Assembly (NCBI RefSeq): GCF_009834535.1
Contig: NC_045696.1
Span: 62,188,001-62,252,000, forward strand
Direction of reading: 5' to 3'
DNA from: Camelus ferus
Lineage: Eukaryota
DNA length: 64,000 nucleotides
Below, one piece after another: positions 24,025 through 36,215 of this stretch. The notes under the pieces were generated by a model. The model was given only the letters and a program-made list of their open reading frames with translations, was not told the DNA's origin and ran no database searches. Each line of letters opens with the position of its first letter. Position 1 is the stretch's first letter. Position numbers and translations under genes: made by a program.

Positions 24025-26480
24025 TTTTTTCTTGTTGTGGGTTAAACATGTAATTTCATTACACATATATGATTCATGATTACATTCTTATTGTAAAACA
24101 CTCTAACAATATAGATAAAACCAAACTCCTCTTGCTTATCTCTAATCCCAGTCACCTCCCGGTTTATATACCTATACGATGAGGGTGTAACATAGTTTTG
24201 TGGGATTTTTTTTCACGATAGAGGTATACTATATAAATTATTTTGCAGCCTGCTTCTTTCACTTTGCAATATGTCAAAAGTATCTCTTTATTTTTCTATA
24301 CATTAGACACATGGGACTCAGTCTTTCTAACAGCTACAAGACTCCACAGTTTGGGTGTGCCGCCGCTCCCTTAACCATTCCCTTTATTGGTGGTTATTTG
24401 CATTACTTCCAGTATTTTGCTATGTACATGTCTCCTTGCCTTCTTCTAGAATAAAGATGAAGAGTAGAATTTCTCAGTAAAAAGAAATGCACTTTTTAAA
24501 TCGTGTTAGATTCAAGACCAAAAAAATTGTATTAGGTGTTGTCAGATTGACTTCTCAAGAGACTGCATTTATATTCCCCAAACCCTTGCCATCACTTCAT
24601 GTTATAAATCTTTAACACTTTGGCCAATCTGATGAGGGGAAAACTACATTGTGTTATATTAATGTGTATTTCCCCATTTGCTCCAGGTAAGACTGAGCAT
24701 CACTTTATGGGTTTTTTGGCGATTTGGCTTTCTTTTTCTGTGAAATGTACGTATTCTTTGCCCATTGTTGCATTGGCTAGTTTGTCTTTTTCTTTGAAGA
24801 TTTGTAGGATATCTTGACAAATTCTGCATATTAATTATTTGTCTATTATGAATAACATATATGTTGTAAATATTTTCTCTGAATCTGTGGCTTATCTTTT
24901 AATTTTCTTGAGAGTGCCTGGTTTGCTACAAATATTTTCCTTTTGGTCCAACTTTAAATTTTTCCAAATATAAATCTAATTGTCCCAACACTCTTTATGA
25001 AATCCATCCATTCCCTGATGATGTGAAATACCACTTTCATTAAATAGTAAAATTTCCTATCTACATGGACCTGTTCCTGGATTTTTAACTGTTCTTTATA
25101 ATTTTGTTTAAGGTATGTTTCTTATAAACAGCATTAAGATAGCATTTTGGGGTGGGAGGTTAGCTCAATCTAAAAATTGTGTCTTTTAAAGAGAGAATTC
25201 AGTTCATTCACATTTAGTATAACAACTATTATACCTGATTTAATTCATTCTGGCTTAAGTTTGCTATATATTTTTTTCTTTTTCTTTTTCCTTAATTTTA
25301 CCAGCTTGCTCACATTGCTATATCCCTTTCCACCCTTATTAATGTGGGAGTTTCCATGCAGGTCTTTCCATACCATTAGTGGTTATCTCCCCTTTCCTTT
25401 TCTTGTGCTTATCATCAAATTCTGTATCTTTACTCTTATAGGAAAATGAGATGTTATTTCTCCCACTCAGATATTCTATTCCTCTATTATTTTTTTCCAC
25501 TTAGGTGCTTCTTCACTCTGCCAGTGAGGTATTTAGAATACTTTTACTTTCCCCATTTTTTTCTCCTTAGTCCAAGAGCCTTAGTGATGCTTTTACTCTG
25601 CATGCCCTGCCCCCAACACGTAGATTTTGCTGAAATAGCATAGTACTTTTCCTCCTAGATTTTGTTAGGATTTCCTTTGCAGTATTTCACCTCTATTCTA
25701 AGAATCCTTATTCAGCATTACACATTTCCAGGCTATTATTATCCATTTATATTGAACTATATGTGTGTGTATATATCTGTGCATGCATATACACACATGT
25801 GTATATGTGTATATAGGTAAGCATGTGTATATGTATAGGTAAGCATGTATATATGTATATATAATGAAACATGACTTATTGCTCACCTGTGTTTCCTCTC
25901 TTCTCTGTTACAACTCATTTGATTTTGGTTGGAGTCCTTTTGAAACTATTTTCTTCAGAGAGTGCTATAATTTTTGGATCCTTGCATATTTGTAAATATA
26001 TATGTGTATAATATATATTTAAACTTCTGTGGATGGAGGGTGACTTGGCTAGGTATAGGACTGTTGAGCTTCTAAGAGATCAAGGAGGAAAAGTATCTTT
26101 TTATGCATTTCCTTTTCCTGATGAATATTAGAATCAGCTTATTGTTGTTTAGAACAGTTCCTTATTGACTTTTTGGAAAGGATTGAGCTAAATGTCTAGA
26201 TAAATATGGAGAGATGCATATCACTCCAAACTACATCTATTCATCCAGGAGCAAGATAACTATTTATTCAAGAACTCTTTTATGTTGTTTAGTAAAGCTT
26301 TATAGTATTTTTAATGAGACTTTGCATATTTCCTTTTAAATTTATTTCTAGATGATTTTAATAGTTTTTATTGCTATTGTGTATTGAACATGTTAAACTT
26401 TTTATTATGGAGAATATCAAATGTGTTCAAAGTAGAGCGAATCACATAGTAAATACTGATGTGACTATCACTTACCTTTA
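24025..26480 (-). mobile_element. Cluster of highly decayed L1ME-type fragments
   Basis: AT-rich antisense L1M motifs (actttggccaatctgatgaggggaaaa...gactgagcatc...gtattctttgcccatt; gaatattagaatcagcttatt). Confidence 0.6.
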
Positions 26481-26489
26481 AATTATTCT

Positions 26490-26958
26490 TTTAAATTTTT
26501 AATTGTGGCAAAATACACATAACATAAAAAAACCATCTTAACCATTTTAAGTGAACAGTTAGTAGTGTTAAGTCCATTCACGTTGTTCGAAAACCCATCT
26601 CAAGAACTTCTTTCATCTTGCAAAACTGAAACTCTATTCCTATTGAACAACAATTCTCCATCCTCCTTTCTGCCCCTAGCTGCTGGCAACCACCATTCTA
26701 CTTTCTGCCTCTGTGAATTTGTCTACTATAGGCACCTCTTGTAAGTGGAATTATATAGCATTTGTCTTTTTGTGACTAGTTTATTTCACTTAACATAATG
26801 TCCTCAAAGTTCATCCATGTTGTAGCGTGTGTCAGGACTGCCCTCCTTTTTAAGGTGGAATGACATTCTGTTGTATGTATAGACCACATTTTGTTTGTCC
26901 ATTCCTCTGTCGATGGACACTTGGGTTGTGTCCACCTTTGATCTATTGTGAATAATGC
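26490..26958 (-). mobile_element. L1MB-type 3' end inserted in an older L1ME
   Basis: Same family text as 472-1030 (aattgtggcaaaatacacataacataaaa...ggacacttgggttgtgtccacc). The minus ORF 26776-26964 is the L1 ORF2 C-terminus (WTQPKCPSTEEWTNKMWSIHTTE). Confidence 0.88.
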
Positions 26959-28956
26959 CATCACCCAGCTTTGATAATTATCAACTCAGAGGCAACCCTG
27001 TTTCCCCTATAACCCCACTACTTTCCCCTTCCATATTATTTCAAAGCAAATCTGAATGGGATATTTTACAAATTATATTTTGTATTTGGTTGAAGATCAT
27101 TCCCAGGGAGAATCAGAGTCTGAAAACCAACAATATTTCACCCCAAATAGCTTAAATCTGTTTGGCATAAAGATAAAGTACAGATGAGGTGGGAAAGCTG
27201 GCACAGAAATGGAAGATGACAAAGAAGTGGGTCAGAGAGTGGCTAAGGCTGATCATACATACATGAGCTTCTGCTATCCCTACCAGTCACCTCCTTCCCC
27301 CTCAAACCTCTAGTCGTCGGGTCCCTGAGGCAAGAAAGACTTCAAATTTCACAGACCACTGCAAGATCCTGGCTTTGGGGGCCTCAGAAAAGGCTCTGCA
27401 AATCTCCGTCCACTTGCCTTCAGCCAGGGCATTTTGCTTTGGCAGCGCTAGGCCTGGAGTCAAGCTCTGCCTTGAACTCACTGACACTGCCTTGGGAGCC
27501 AAGGTCTATTCCTGGAGAAGAGATTAGTGGAAATTCTTCAGGAAGAAATTGGCTGCCTGTGAATGCCAAGAGGCGTCACTAAATAAACTACCCAGAAACA
27601 AGGGTTCTGATGTTTGTATCACTTTAAAATTATGCTGAGCACCTGAGCATGGCACGATTTAAGTACATTAACTTGGACCCAGTTGAGCCACTCTCCAGAG
27701 CACACACAGGCTCTCTGCTGGGACTCACCTTGGAGATGTCCTGTCCCTTTGCCTTTGTTACCTTGAGAAATGGAAACATGCTAAGGAACCATGTTAGTAG
27801 CCATTCTGGAAGGGCCTGGATTTATCTTCCAAGTGGCCTTGGAGAAAACAATCACAATCACTTTCACCCTCTCTTAAAAGTCCCTTTACTGATGGTCCCC
27901 TATTTTCTCCTCTGAACCCCATCAACATCATAAATATCCCCTTACCATGCCCATGGACACCTCAAAGCTGGGGTAGTTCACCTTCAAAGGAATCATTGCA
28001 GCAGAAAATCTTTTGGTCTTTTCCCAACCAGGCCAGTAGTCCTGTCTTCTCCTCTCTTTTACACTCCGCCGGTCTGAGATTTCTCTCCATCCTCAAAAGG
28101 AGCATAAAGTAAGTGTAGGTTAGTCCAGGGTTTGATTTGAACATTTTCCAACAGGAGCTGGGCCTGTTTGCACCCCAGACAATCAGTAGACATGTGTCTT
28201 GAGCTGCCGATGTGAAGTTGCTCTTGGTGGTCAGAGAGGCAGCTTCCCACACTGCAGACTCGGGCCCATTCTTCCACTAATTGTCTGATGAACATGCACC
28301 TATCATTTTTACTCCATCAGGCGTTACCCCATTTTCCACCATCTCTCTGATAAACATGGACCTATCACTTAAACTCCCTCCACTTCTGTTTTCTAGAGAA
28401 ATCAGGGAATCGAACTAGATGATTCCAAAGGCCCCTTCTACCTTGGAGTCTGTGAAAAAAGTCACAAGCCCTAGAAATTGGAAGCACCTATGTGGCTCCA
28501 AGCCCTAACTCAAAGAAGCTTAGAGGCCACTTGGGCCAAAGATGGTGCTGGGAGGGAAGTGGGAGCTCCAGATGGGGCTTCCCAAGGTAAAATCTGGGAG
28601 GTCCTTTGTCATGTATGAAGAAGAGACTGGAGAGCCTGGAACAGCAAATGAGCTGATCCAGCCTAGGGTGGGGCTGGTCTGGGCTACCTGCCATAGAAAC
28701 ACTTGCTCCTGACATTGCATGGATGGGGTCTTGGAACACCACTGAATTTAGATGGCTATGGATCTGAGGCCCAAGGTGGACTTGGGGCCATAACAGCGAA
28801 GAATCCTATTTCTTCCTGCATAAAGGTAGCTGCAGTGATAAACCAGGACCCAGCATCAAAAAAGGACTCCAAGATTTAGAACCCAAGGTGGAGCCTGACA
28901 GGAGCAGCAACAAGGAGTGTGCAGAAGAGGACAACGGAGGTGCCCCACAAATTCCA

Positions 28957-29144
28957 GAGAGGGGTTCTCAAGCCTTAACATACATTGGAGTCCCCTTTAG
29001 GGCTTGTTGAAACAGAGTGCTGGCCCCACCCCCTAGATTTCTGATGCTGTAAGTCTAGGGTGGGGATTGAGGATCTGCATGTCTAACAAGTTCTCATGGG
29101 ATGCTGATGCTGCAGGTCTGGGAAGCATCCTTTGAGAATGACTT
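28957..29144. mobile_element. MER5A hAT-Charlie MITE
   Basis: ggttctcaa...tgctggccccaccccta gatttctgat...tctgcatgtctaacaagttctcatgggatgctgatgctgcaggtctggg...tttgagaa. Confidence 0.85.
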
Positions 29145-29552
29145 CATCAAAGAGACTGGGAGGAGATGTCATGGGCAGGTGGTAAAGAGTCCTCATTCCA
29201 GGCAGGAAGGAGCGGCCATATGAAGGACAAAAAGGCAAACACTTTCTCCTTGTGATATTTGCTTTTATATTCTCAAAGGGAAGTTCTCCAGAGGACTTCT
29301 GCCAACATCTCACTGGTCTCATCTCATTCAGCTAGGGATGACCATCTCTTGTGACCATCCTTAGCTGCCAAGGAGGCTGGAAAGTTAGCTTTCCAGATTC
29401 TATGGTAGAGGTGGCAAGAAAAAGAGCTTAAAGTGGGCATCAAGAGAGCCAGTCAAGGTATCTGCCCTTTGATGGTTCGAAGCTTGAAAACTATGGCCAG
29501 TTCAGTGAGCCCTGGGAGTTTGAAGCCCACCATTCATCCTACGCCCTTAATT

Positions 29553-29557
<5 letters not shown>

Positions 29558-29599
<42 letters not shown>

Positions 29600-29613
29600 C
29601 GCATATGTGTGTG
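29558..29613. repeat. (TG)18 microsatellite within a 56-nt alternating purine/pyrimidine tract
   Basis: Read directly: (TG)18 CGCGCACGCATATGTGTGTG, followed by GA repeats. Confidence 0.95.
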
Positions 29614-29989
29614 AGAGAGACAGAGAAAGAGAGAGACTTGCTATTTCTCCTAGAAAACATCTCTCGCTCTGTCTTGCAGAATAATTTGCAAGCAGGCCCT
29701 CTGTTCCTCAACCCTTCTCCATCTCATGTCCTCCTCTACAGCCCAGGTGCTTCCCCAGGTTCATGATTTTCTTGACTACTCAGTAGACCAGACACTGTCT
29801 CAGCATTGGAGACACACTGTGTACAATGTATGTCTGTAGCCCAGCCCAATGAAGCTTACAGCCCAGCAGGAAAGACATTAAAAATTAAAAAGAAAAAGCA
29901 TAAACATTATTTTTAAGTCCCTAAATAATAGGGACTTGTCCATGAAATTAAATCAAGTGTGGTTTATTTCATCAAAAAAAAGGAGTTAA

Positions 29990-30117
29990 GGAAGGAGGGA
30001 AATAGCTCAGTGGCAGGGTGTGTGCTTAGCATGCACGAGGTCCTGGGCTCAATCCCCAGTACCTCCATTAAATAAATGAATAAATAAATTTCCTTGCATA
30101 TTAAAAAAAAGAGAGAT
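29990..30117 (+). mobile_element. tRNA-Ala-derived SINE (vic-1-like, camelid)
   Basis: Head ggagggaaatagctcagtggcagggtgtgtgcttagcatgcacgaggtcctgggctcaatccccagtacctcca resembles tRNA-Ala(AGC) with A and B boxes. TAAA/A-rich tail. Degenerate target-site duplication aaaaaaggagttaa / aaaaaagagtcaa. Confidence 0.85.
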
Positions 30118-31210
30118 AAAAAAGAGTCAAATTTGCCTTCAGACTTCCTCCCAAAAGCCTTTTTAGGAATTCCTAATTCTGAATGCCTGGCATTTAGTAG
30201 GCCCTCAAAAAATACTTGTTGACTGTTGAATGACCCTCCTTTGAGTACCTATATGATCTCCCTGCCTAGAGTTAATGAGCTCTTTTGGGTCAGAGCTCTG
30301 TGTTTAGTTCAGCACTGGCACACAGTAGGAACTCAGGAAGTATTTGTGGAATGAAACGGAATCAAGTTTATGTCAAATAAAGACCGACAAAGTGACGATT
30401 GGGCCCAAATCCAGTTTGGGTGTGTATTCTTTGGGTCACTGTTGTATTATCAGAGTAGTGAGTTCTTTTAAACCTCATAAATTTTTTTGCATGAAGGCAC
30501 AGCCTCATCCTGGCACCAGACACACATATTTTGTCCCCGTGAGGTCACTGCAGGGAGAGATTAACTCCAAGAGCCTCAGCAGGTTTAAATATCCCTGAGT
30601 GTGTATGGCATGTTAGGCTCCCTGGCTTCCTTGCAAGCCACTCTTTTCTCCCCTCTTGTTTGCAGAAACAATGGCTGTGAATGGGACTCTTCTCTCCACT
30701 GAAGGAAGTAACCTGGAGTCTACAGACAGATCCACCAAATGTCTTTTTTTTTTATTTAATCTTTTTGTTTCTGAAGTTCTCTCTGACCTGAGAGCTGTCA
30801 GGCACATGCAGGCCTCCTAGTCACTGCTGATGGGTGGAGGAGCTACATTAGGGAGGAAGTCTCCAGGGAGCCCTTCCTTCCCTTCTGAGACCTTGGGGTC
30901 AAATCTAGGTGAAAAAGTATTCTGCCACAATAATGAAAATAAAGGTCAGTTTTATCTGAATTCAAAGAAAAGAAAAAAATACTAGAATTTTATCAACTGT
31001 GAATTTTTCTTCCATACATTTTTTCTTAAGCTTTTAATATCTGTTTTTTGTTTTTGTTTTGACCACTGGTTAGGATGAAGGTGCAGCAAGTGGAGTATTT
31101 CCTGAAGCTCCGCAGACATCACTGTGGGCCTTTGCTGCCTGGACTCATTGGAACAGCACTGCTCCCGGACATGCCCAGAAGCCACCGGCTGCCTGGAAGG
31201 CGGGGAGGAG

Positions 31211-31225
31211 AGGTCAGCTTGACCT
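31211..31225. promoter_or_regulatory. Perfect consensus estrogen response element (AGGTCAgctTGACCT)
   Basis: Exact IR3 palindrome read directly, in non-repetitive sequence. Function untested. Confidence 0.55.
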
Positions 31226-31349
31226 AATGCTAATTGCATCCAAATGTTTCTATGTTCTGATCCACACACAGAGAGGACACTCTAATATGAAAAGAACCAG
31301 CTCTATTTGACTAAAAATTGGTCTTTGGTTAACAATGGGGCAAATATGC

Positions 31350-31545
31350 AGCTTGGAGTCTGACAGTCCTAGGTTCTAATCTCAGCTGTTCTACTCAGCT
31401 GTTGTATAACTTTAGGCAAGTTACTTAACCTCTCTGAGCCTCAGTTTCTCCATTTGTAAAATGGAGAGATGACTACTTACCTAGGACTTTTGGTAGGACT
31501 GAGCAAGATAATATACAAAGAGTGGCTGACAGTACCACGACACAA
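31350..31545 (+). mobile_element. MIR SINE
   Basis: ttggagtctgacagtcctaggttctaatctcagct...ggcaagttacttaacctctctgagcctcagtttctccatttgtaaaatggagagatga. Confidence 0.88.
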
Positions 31546-32202
31546 GAGAAATGGCCTTTGTTGTTCCTCTGATTCATACATTGTTTGCAGGGTGGCTATT
31601 TTTTGTGGGGTGGGGTGACTTGGCCACAGGTGTGTACAGTCAGAAGTGATGGGCCCAGGTGCCCTTTCAACAGCTTTGAGGTTGTGGGGCTCTGCATTGC
31701 TATACCTATTATAGCCTTAATTCTTTATCTCTCCCTCAGCCCAACTCCACTCCCTCCCACTCACTTAGAGAAAGCAGGAACCTGTGGTTTTCCAGCTGGC
31801 ATTTTGTTCAGACACTGCTTTCGAAAGGTCTTTCCTGCCACTTGGAAGAACCAAAGGATACGAAGAATGAGAACACTGACTCCTGGGAGGGAGACACAGG
31901 GCTTCATAGATTTGCTGACACAGCATGTAATCGCCTTTCCGCATCTCCTAGGGTGAGAGGAGACACAGTACTGTTGCTTATTAAGTGAGCATGGACTGGA
32001 GCCTGCTTTGCATGCCCACAATGACCCCTGCACCATGCTTTTCTCCCGGACACTGGCTTCACGTGGCCAGACAACAAGTTTCAGCAAAACCGCTGTGCCG
32101 ACCTGACACATGAGCCTGGCCCAGTGTCCACTTTGCTCTGTTCTGTGGAGCCCCTGGAAAGGCCTTGGTCCTGCTGGAGGTACTGTCCGGGCACCTTTAT
32201 TC

Positions 32203-32530
32203 AAGGATGAAAGAGAGACAGAAACAGTGAAAGCTGATCAGAGAGAGGCTGAGGAAGACTGAGGATCAAAGAGACAAAGACTGAAAGGGAGACACAAAGA
32301 CAGACAAAGAGGTATGAGAGGCAGAGAGAGAAAGAGATAAACACAGTGAGACAGAGAGAAACAGAGAGACACACAGAGGGAGAGATAGGAAAAGGAGAGA
32401 CAGCCATGTGGAGAAAGACACAGAGAAAGGCTTGCAGAGGGATGGAGAGGGAGCAATAGCCAGAGACAAGAGACAGACGGGGAAGGACAGAATCACGGTT
32501 TGGAGGGAGATGAGGCTGAAGAGAGAAGTG
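32203..32530. repeat. GA-rich low-complexity tract (degenerate GAGA/GACA repeats)
   Basis: Strong purine bias read directly. It generates the S/L/C-rich minus-strand ORFs. Confidence 0.85.
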
Positions 32531-33837
32531 GGCCTTGGGGGTAAGCAGGACCAGTGGGATCCTGGGGAGATGTGTGCACTTTGCATGCAGGAGTCTTGCT
32601 ACTGAAGTGGTTTCTTAGTTCTCAGCTGCCAGCTGAGTGTCAGGTTCAGAGGAATCGCTTCAGAAGTGGGCTGGGCGGACTTACAGGGACAGCTGGGCTG
32701 TGGTTTACAGGGCCAGCTCTTTACTCCATGAGCTGGGGCTGCAGGCAAGTTCTGGGGCTCAGGGAGGACCTATGGCCCCAGGGGCCAGGGCTGATAGCTG
32801 AGGGAGAGGAGTGCCCGCCTGCACACCTGGGTATCCATTCATCAGTTAGGAGCCCGCAGGGGCTGACCCTGGCTGCGGTTGCAGGCCTCTGTTGTCATCT
32901 CAGCAATGTGGGGAGCAGCCTGTCCACTTCCTGAGCAAACCCCTCCCCCTCGGACATGCACATGCCCACAAAGACAAAAATGCTTTCCAGTCTGCTGGGG
33001 GAATGGCTCCTCTTAAGCAGAGAGGATTTAGTAATTGAAGTCGGCCATTGCAGAATCTCCCCATTTCCCAACACCATGGGGCCACATGCATCACCTAGGA
33101 TATCCTGGCTGGTTCAGGTGTGGTACCTCCTGGAGGGCCCCAAAGGTGGGGGGTCTGGGCAGGGGATTCACCCTGAAACACCTAAGATGCTAAGAGATCA
33201 TTTTGGATCTCTGTTCCCAGAGCCTCTCCCTCACTCCTTCCAAGTTCTCACTCCCTGACCTGTCCTGTGTTCCCCTAACCCCAGCCTGTTCCCCTTTGTG
33301 CTCCAAGCACTACTGAGGCTTCTCCTTCCCAACCCCTGCTCTCCTGCCCTCACGGGGATCGCTGGCTCCTAAGGCCCAGACTCTCTGGGAGCTTGTCTTT
33401 GTCCCTGGGACCCTTCTTCAGGTGGTTGGCTCTCTTGCTGGCCAGACCCAAACCCTGACAAGGGCACAAGGCATTGCCCCGAGGCTCCAGGAGATGAGCT
33501 ACCATCTGCCTGTTAGAAACGATGGTGACACCCTTTGACCCTGGGATCTCGAAGTAGAAGTTGCAATACAAACCAACTCATCAGAAAAATCAAAGCACAT
33601 CTGTGGATTAGGAAACTGGGCCCAGGTAATCGTGCAAGATAATTGCCTTCTATGCCTGGCCTCAGGGCATTTGAAGCAGCCAGTGCAGTCAGTTCACCAA
33701 ACGGGAAGGAGGCCCATGCAGGACCTTGGTGTACTGTTACAGCTGGGTCAAATGCACCCTAGGGACCCTGGGGACCAGTCTGAGAGCTGGCACAGCATGT
33801 AGCTTTGTCAGCAGGCTGGCTCAAGCCCTCATCAATA

Positions 33838-33905
33838 CCAGAAATTGACACATTGTAACTGACTGTACTTCAATAAAAAAATTTTTTTAATAAAAAGTAA
33901 AAAAA
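33838..33905 (+). mobile_element. Extremely 5'-truncated young L1 (3' terminus + A-rich tail)
   Basis: cagaaattgacacattgtaactgactgtacttcaataaaaaa is nearly identical to the L1 end at about 13232-13275. Possible short target-site duplication AATAC at 33834 and 33904. Confidence 0.8.
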
Positions 33906-35084
33906 TACTAGCAGTCTTATTTTCTGTTTCCATTGTATTTTAGTTGGCAAAGCTTCCCTGCTCATTATCATATTGCACTCTCCCCACAATACAAGAGAGA
34001 AGCAATCCCCTTTTTCCCACAGGCAAAGAAAGTGGGAATTGGAGAGATGCATAGCTTTTTCAGATGAATAGTGCCGAGCCATGATTCAACCTGGATCTTC
34101 AGGATTCAAAAACCAGAGGCACTTTCTACTCTGCTTGGCTGCTTTTATGGTGAGACACTGTCCAGCCCCTGCCAGCATCCTATCCCCCATCCTTTATTTT
34201 CCTCTACAAAGGAAAAGCCAAAGTGGTAGGAGAGGTCTTGCTCATCATTCCTCAGGGGGTTAGATAGTCCTAGAACCACGCAGAAAACTTCCAGCCTGAG
34301 GCAAAGTTGTGGCTGGGAGTACGCACAGTTGCTTCTGAGGGGGTTTGACTTCCTGGTGCAGGGGCACCAGAGTGAGGGGTAAAAGGAATTTCTTGTTTGT
34401 TCTGTGGAGGGGTGTCATTTGTTTCTCTTTCTATTCTTCTTACCTACAAATCTGTATGGCAGCAACGAGGGGGAGAACCAGAGCTAAGAGTGGAAGTTAA
34501 AGGGGTCAAATTGCAACAAACAAGAAGAAAAGACTGCTAAGGCAGCCAGGGCTCTCTCACAATGAGACCCGGCTATCTGGGGCTGGTGAGCTCTAAGTCA
34601 TTTGAGATGCTCAGATGGAGAGAGGCCGGGTGGCCTCTGTCAGAGACGGTGTGTGCGGTGGGGGTAAGGATTGGGGAGTGATTTCTGCTGACTAGGGACT
34701 CTGTGGTGCTTCCAACTCTTACAACATATGAAGTGTCAAGTGCTGTGTTTGCCAAGTGCACCAGGAAAGTCAGGGGTCTGTTTAACAGTTTGAGGACAAG
34801 ACTTGACCCAGGAGGTGCTTAGAGCATGAGTGTGGGTTCTTCTTGGTCTTTGGTATATTTGAACAAAGATTTTCTTCTGCCCTTTTCCAGATCTCCAGCC
34901 TCATAGGGCACAAAATGAGCTAGGGGTCCAGGCTGGAGAGCTGGGTGGCTGAGAGCCATCTCCGTGCTGGCACCTGGCCCAGGGTATCCAGCTGGAAGTG
35001 TTTTCATGTACCATGGTGGGAGGTAGGGGGCGGGGAATAAGGCTGGAAAGGATTATCTAGAGAAGCTGTTTGGCCAAATCCCTG

Positions 35085-35261
35085 TCAGAGCCACAAGCCC
35101 ATAAAACACATTTGTGTGGATTAGAAAAAGGCACTCCTTGCTCCAGGAGGACACAGCCCCACAGTCTTCTGACTTGACAAGAGAAGGAAGTCTGGATTTT
35201 AGCTCCCACTTGCGCCCTTTTGTGCAGTGGTTAACATGCACCACCGTACTCAGTGGCCCTG
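35085..35261. mobile_element. MER91-like hAT-Tip100 MITE
   Basis: Ends ttgtgcagtggttaacatgcaccaccgtactcagtggccctg, like the MER91 terminus. Confidence 0.5.
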
Positions 35262-35779
35262 ATCCGTATCCTCTGCCTTTTCTAAGCTGTGTCTCCTGTG
35301 TGCTATGAGCTCAGGACTTGATGTAGAAGAGAACTGGCTCAATCAACAAGAATGAGTGGGAAGCTCAAGGAATCATTCCATATCAGAAATCAGCCAACTG
35401 GAAAACAAAACCACCACAAAGCCAATGTGGTATTAAGACTGATTTTGGTTCTTCTGGGCCTTTCCCAGGGTCGTAGAGCACAGGGAAGGCTGAGGACAGA
35501 GGGAGACCTTCCAGGAATAAATCCCCCGATGCTTTCTTCCCTCACCAGTTCATTAAATGCACTTACTCCTTTACTTGCACTTAAATACTTATGTGTTAAA
35601 TAGTTTTTGATTTATGTATATGTTTAATATGTGCCTTCACTATCCATCCATAATTTCATTCTCTGTCTTGAATTCCAAGCTCCTAGAAAGTGCAGACTAT
35701 GCATTACATGATTAACATTGCTCAGTAAAATGCTTGGCACGTTGCCACCCGGTGCTTTTGGATGATAACAATGATAATA

Positions 35780-36215
35780 AAGTTCAAATTCCTCACTCTG
35801 GTGGTCCAGACCTTCAATCATCTGACCCTCCCCCAACCTGCCCCTCGCCCATTTGGTTTTAGCATCCTATACAACAGCCAAACTGGCCTAGATTCCTTGG
35901 GCACCCCATCCTCATGGCTCATCTCAAGCTGTTTTCTTCATCTGTATACCCCTATGCCCCTTCTACTCCTGAGTGTCCAAATCCAACCCATCTCTGGAAG
36001 GTCAACTCGAATACTCCTCCTTACGGTATCTTTCCTGATTCCTGCTGCAGGAGTGATCCTGCATCTTTGCTCTCCCATACTTCACGTCAACTTTTTATGA
36101 ATCTAATTACATACCACCTTGTGTCATTGGTCTCTGAGCAAATAACTGCTTCCCCTGATAATCTGGGATGCCTTGAGGGCAGAGGCTGTGTCTTATACAT
36201 TGTCCTCTCCACAGG
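35780..36215 (+). mobile_element. L2 LINE fragment
   Basis: ataaagttcaaattcctcactctggtggtccagaccttcaatcatctgaccc...ccttgagggcagaggctgtgtcttatacatt. Confidence 0.65.

Noticed and set aside
25760..25862. 22-bp tandem repeat containing AG|gtaagc donor-like motifs
   Set aside because: Lies in a TA/TG low-complexity tract; best explained by slippage.
29994..30067. Functional tRNA-Ala gene
   Set aside because: Substitutions in conserved positions (B box GGCTCAA rather than GTTCRA), an A-rich tail and a flanking duplication indicate a SINE.
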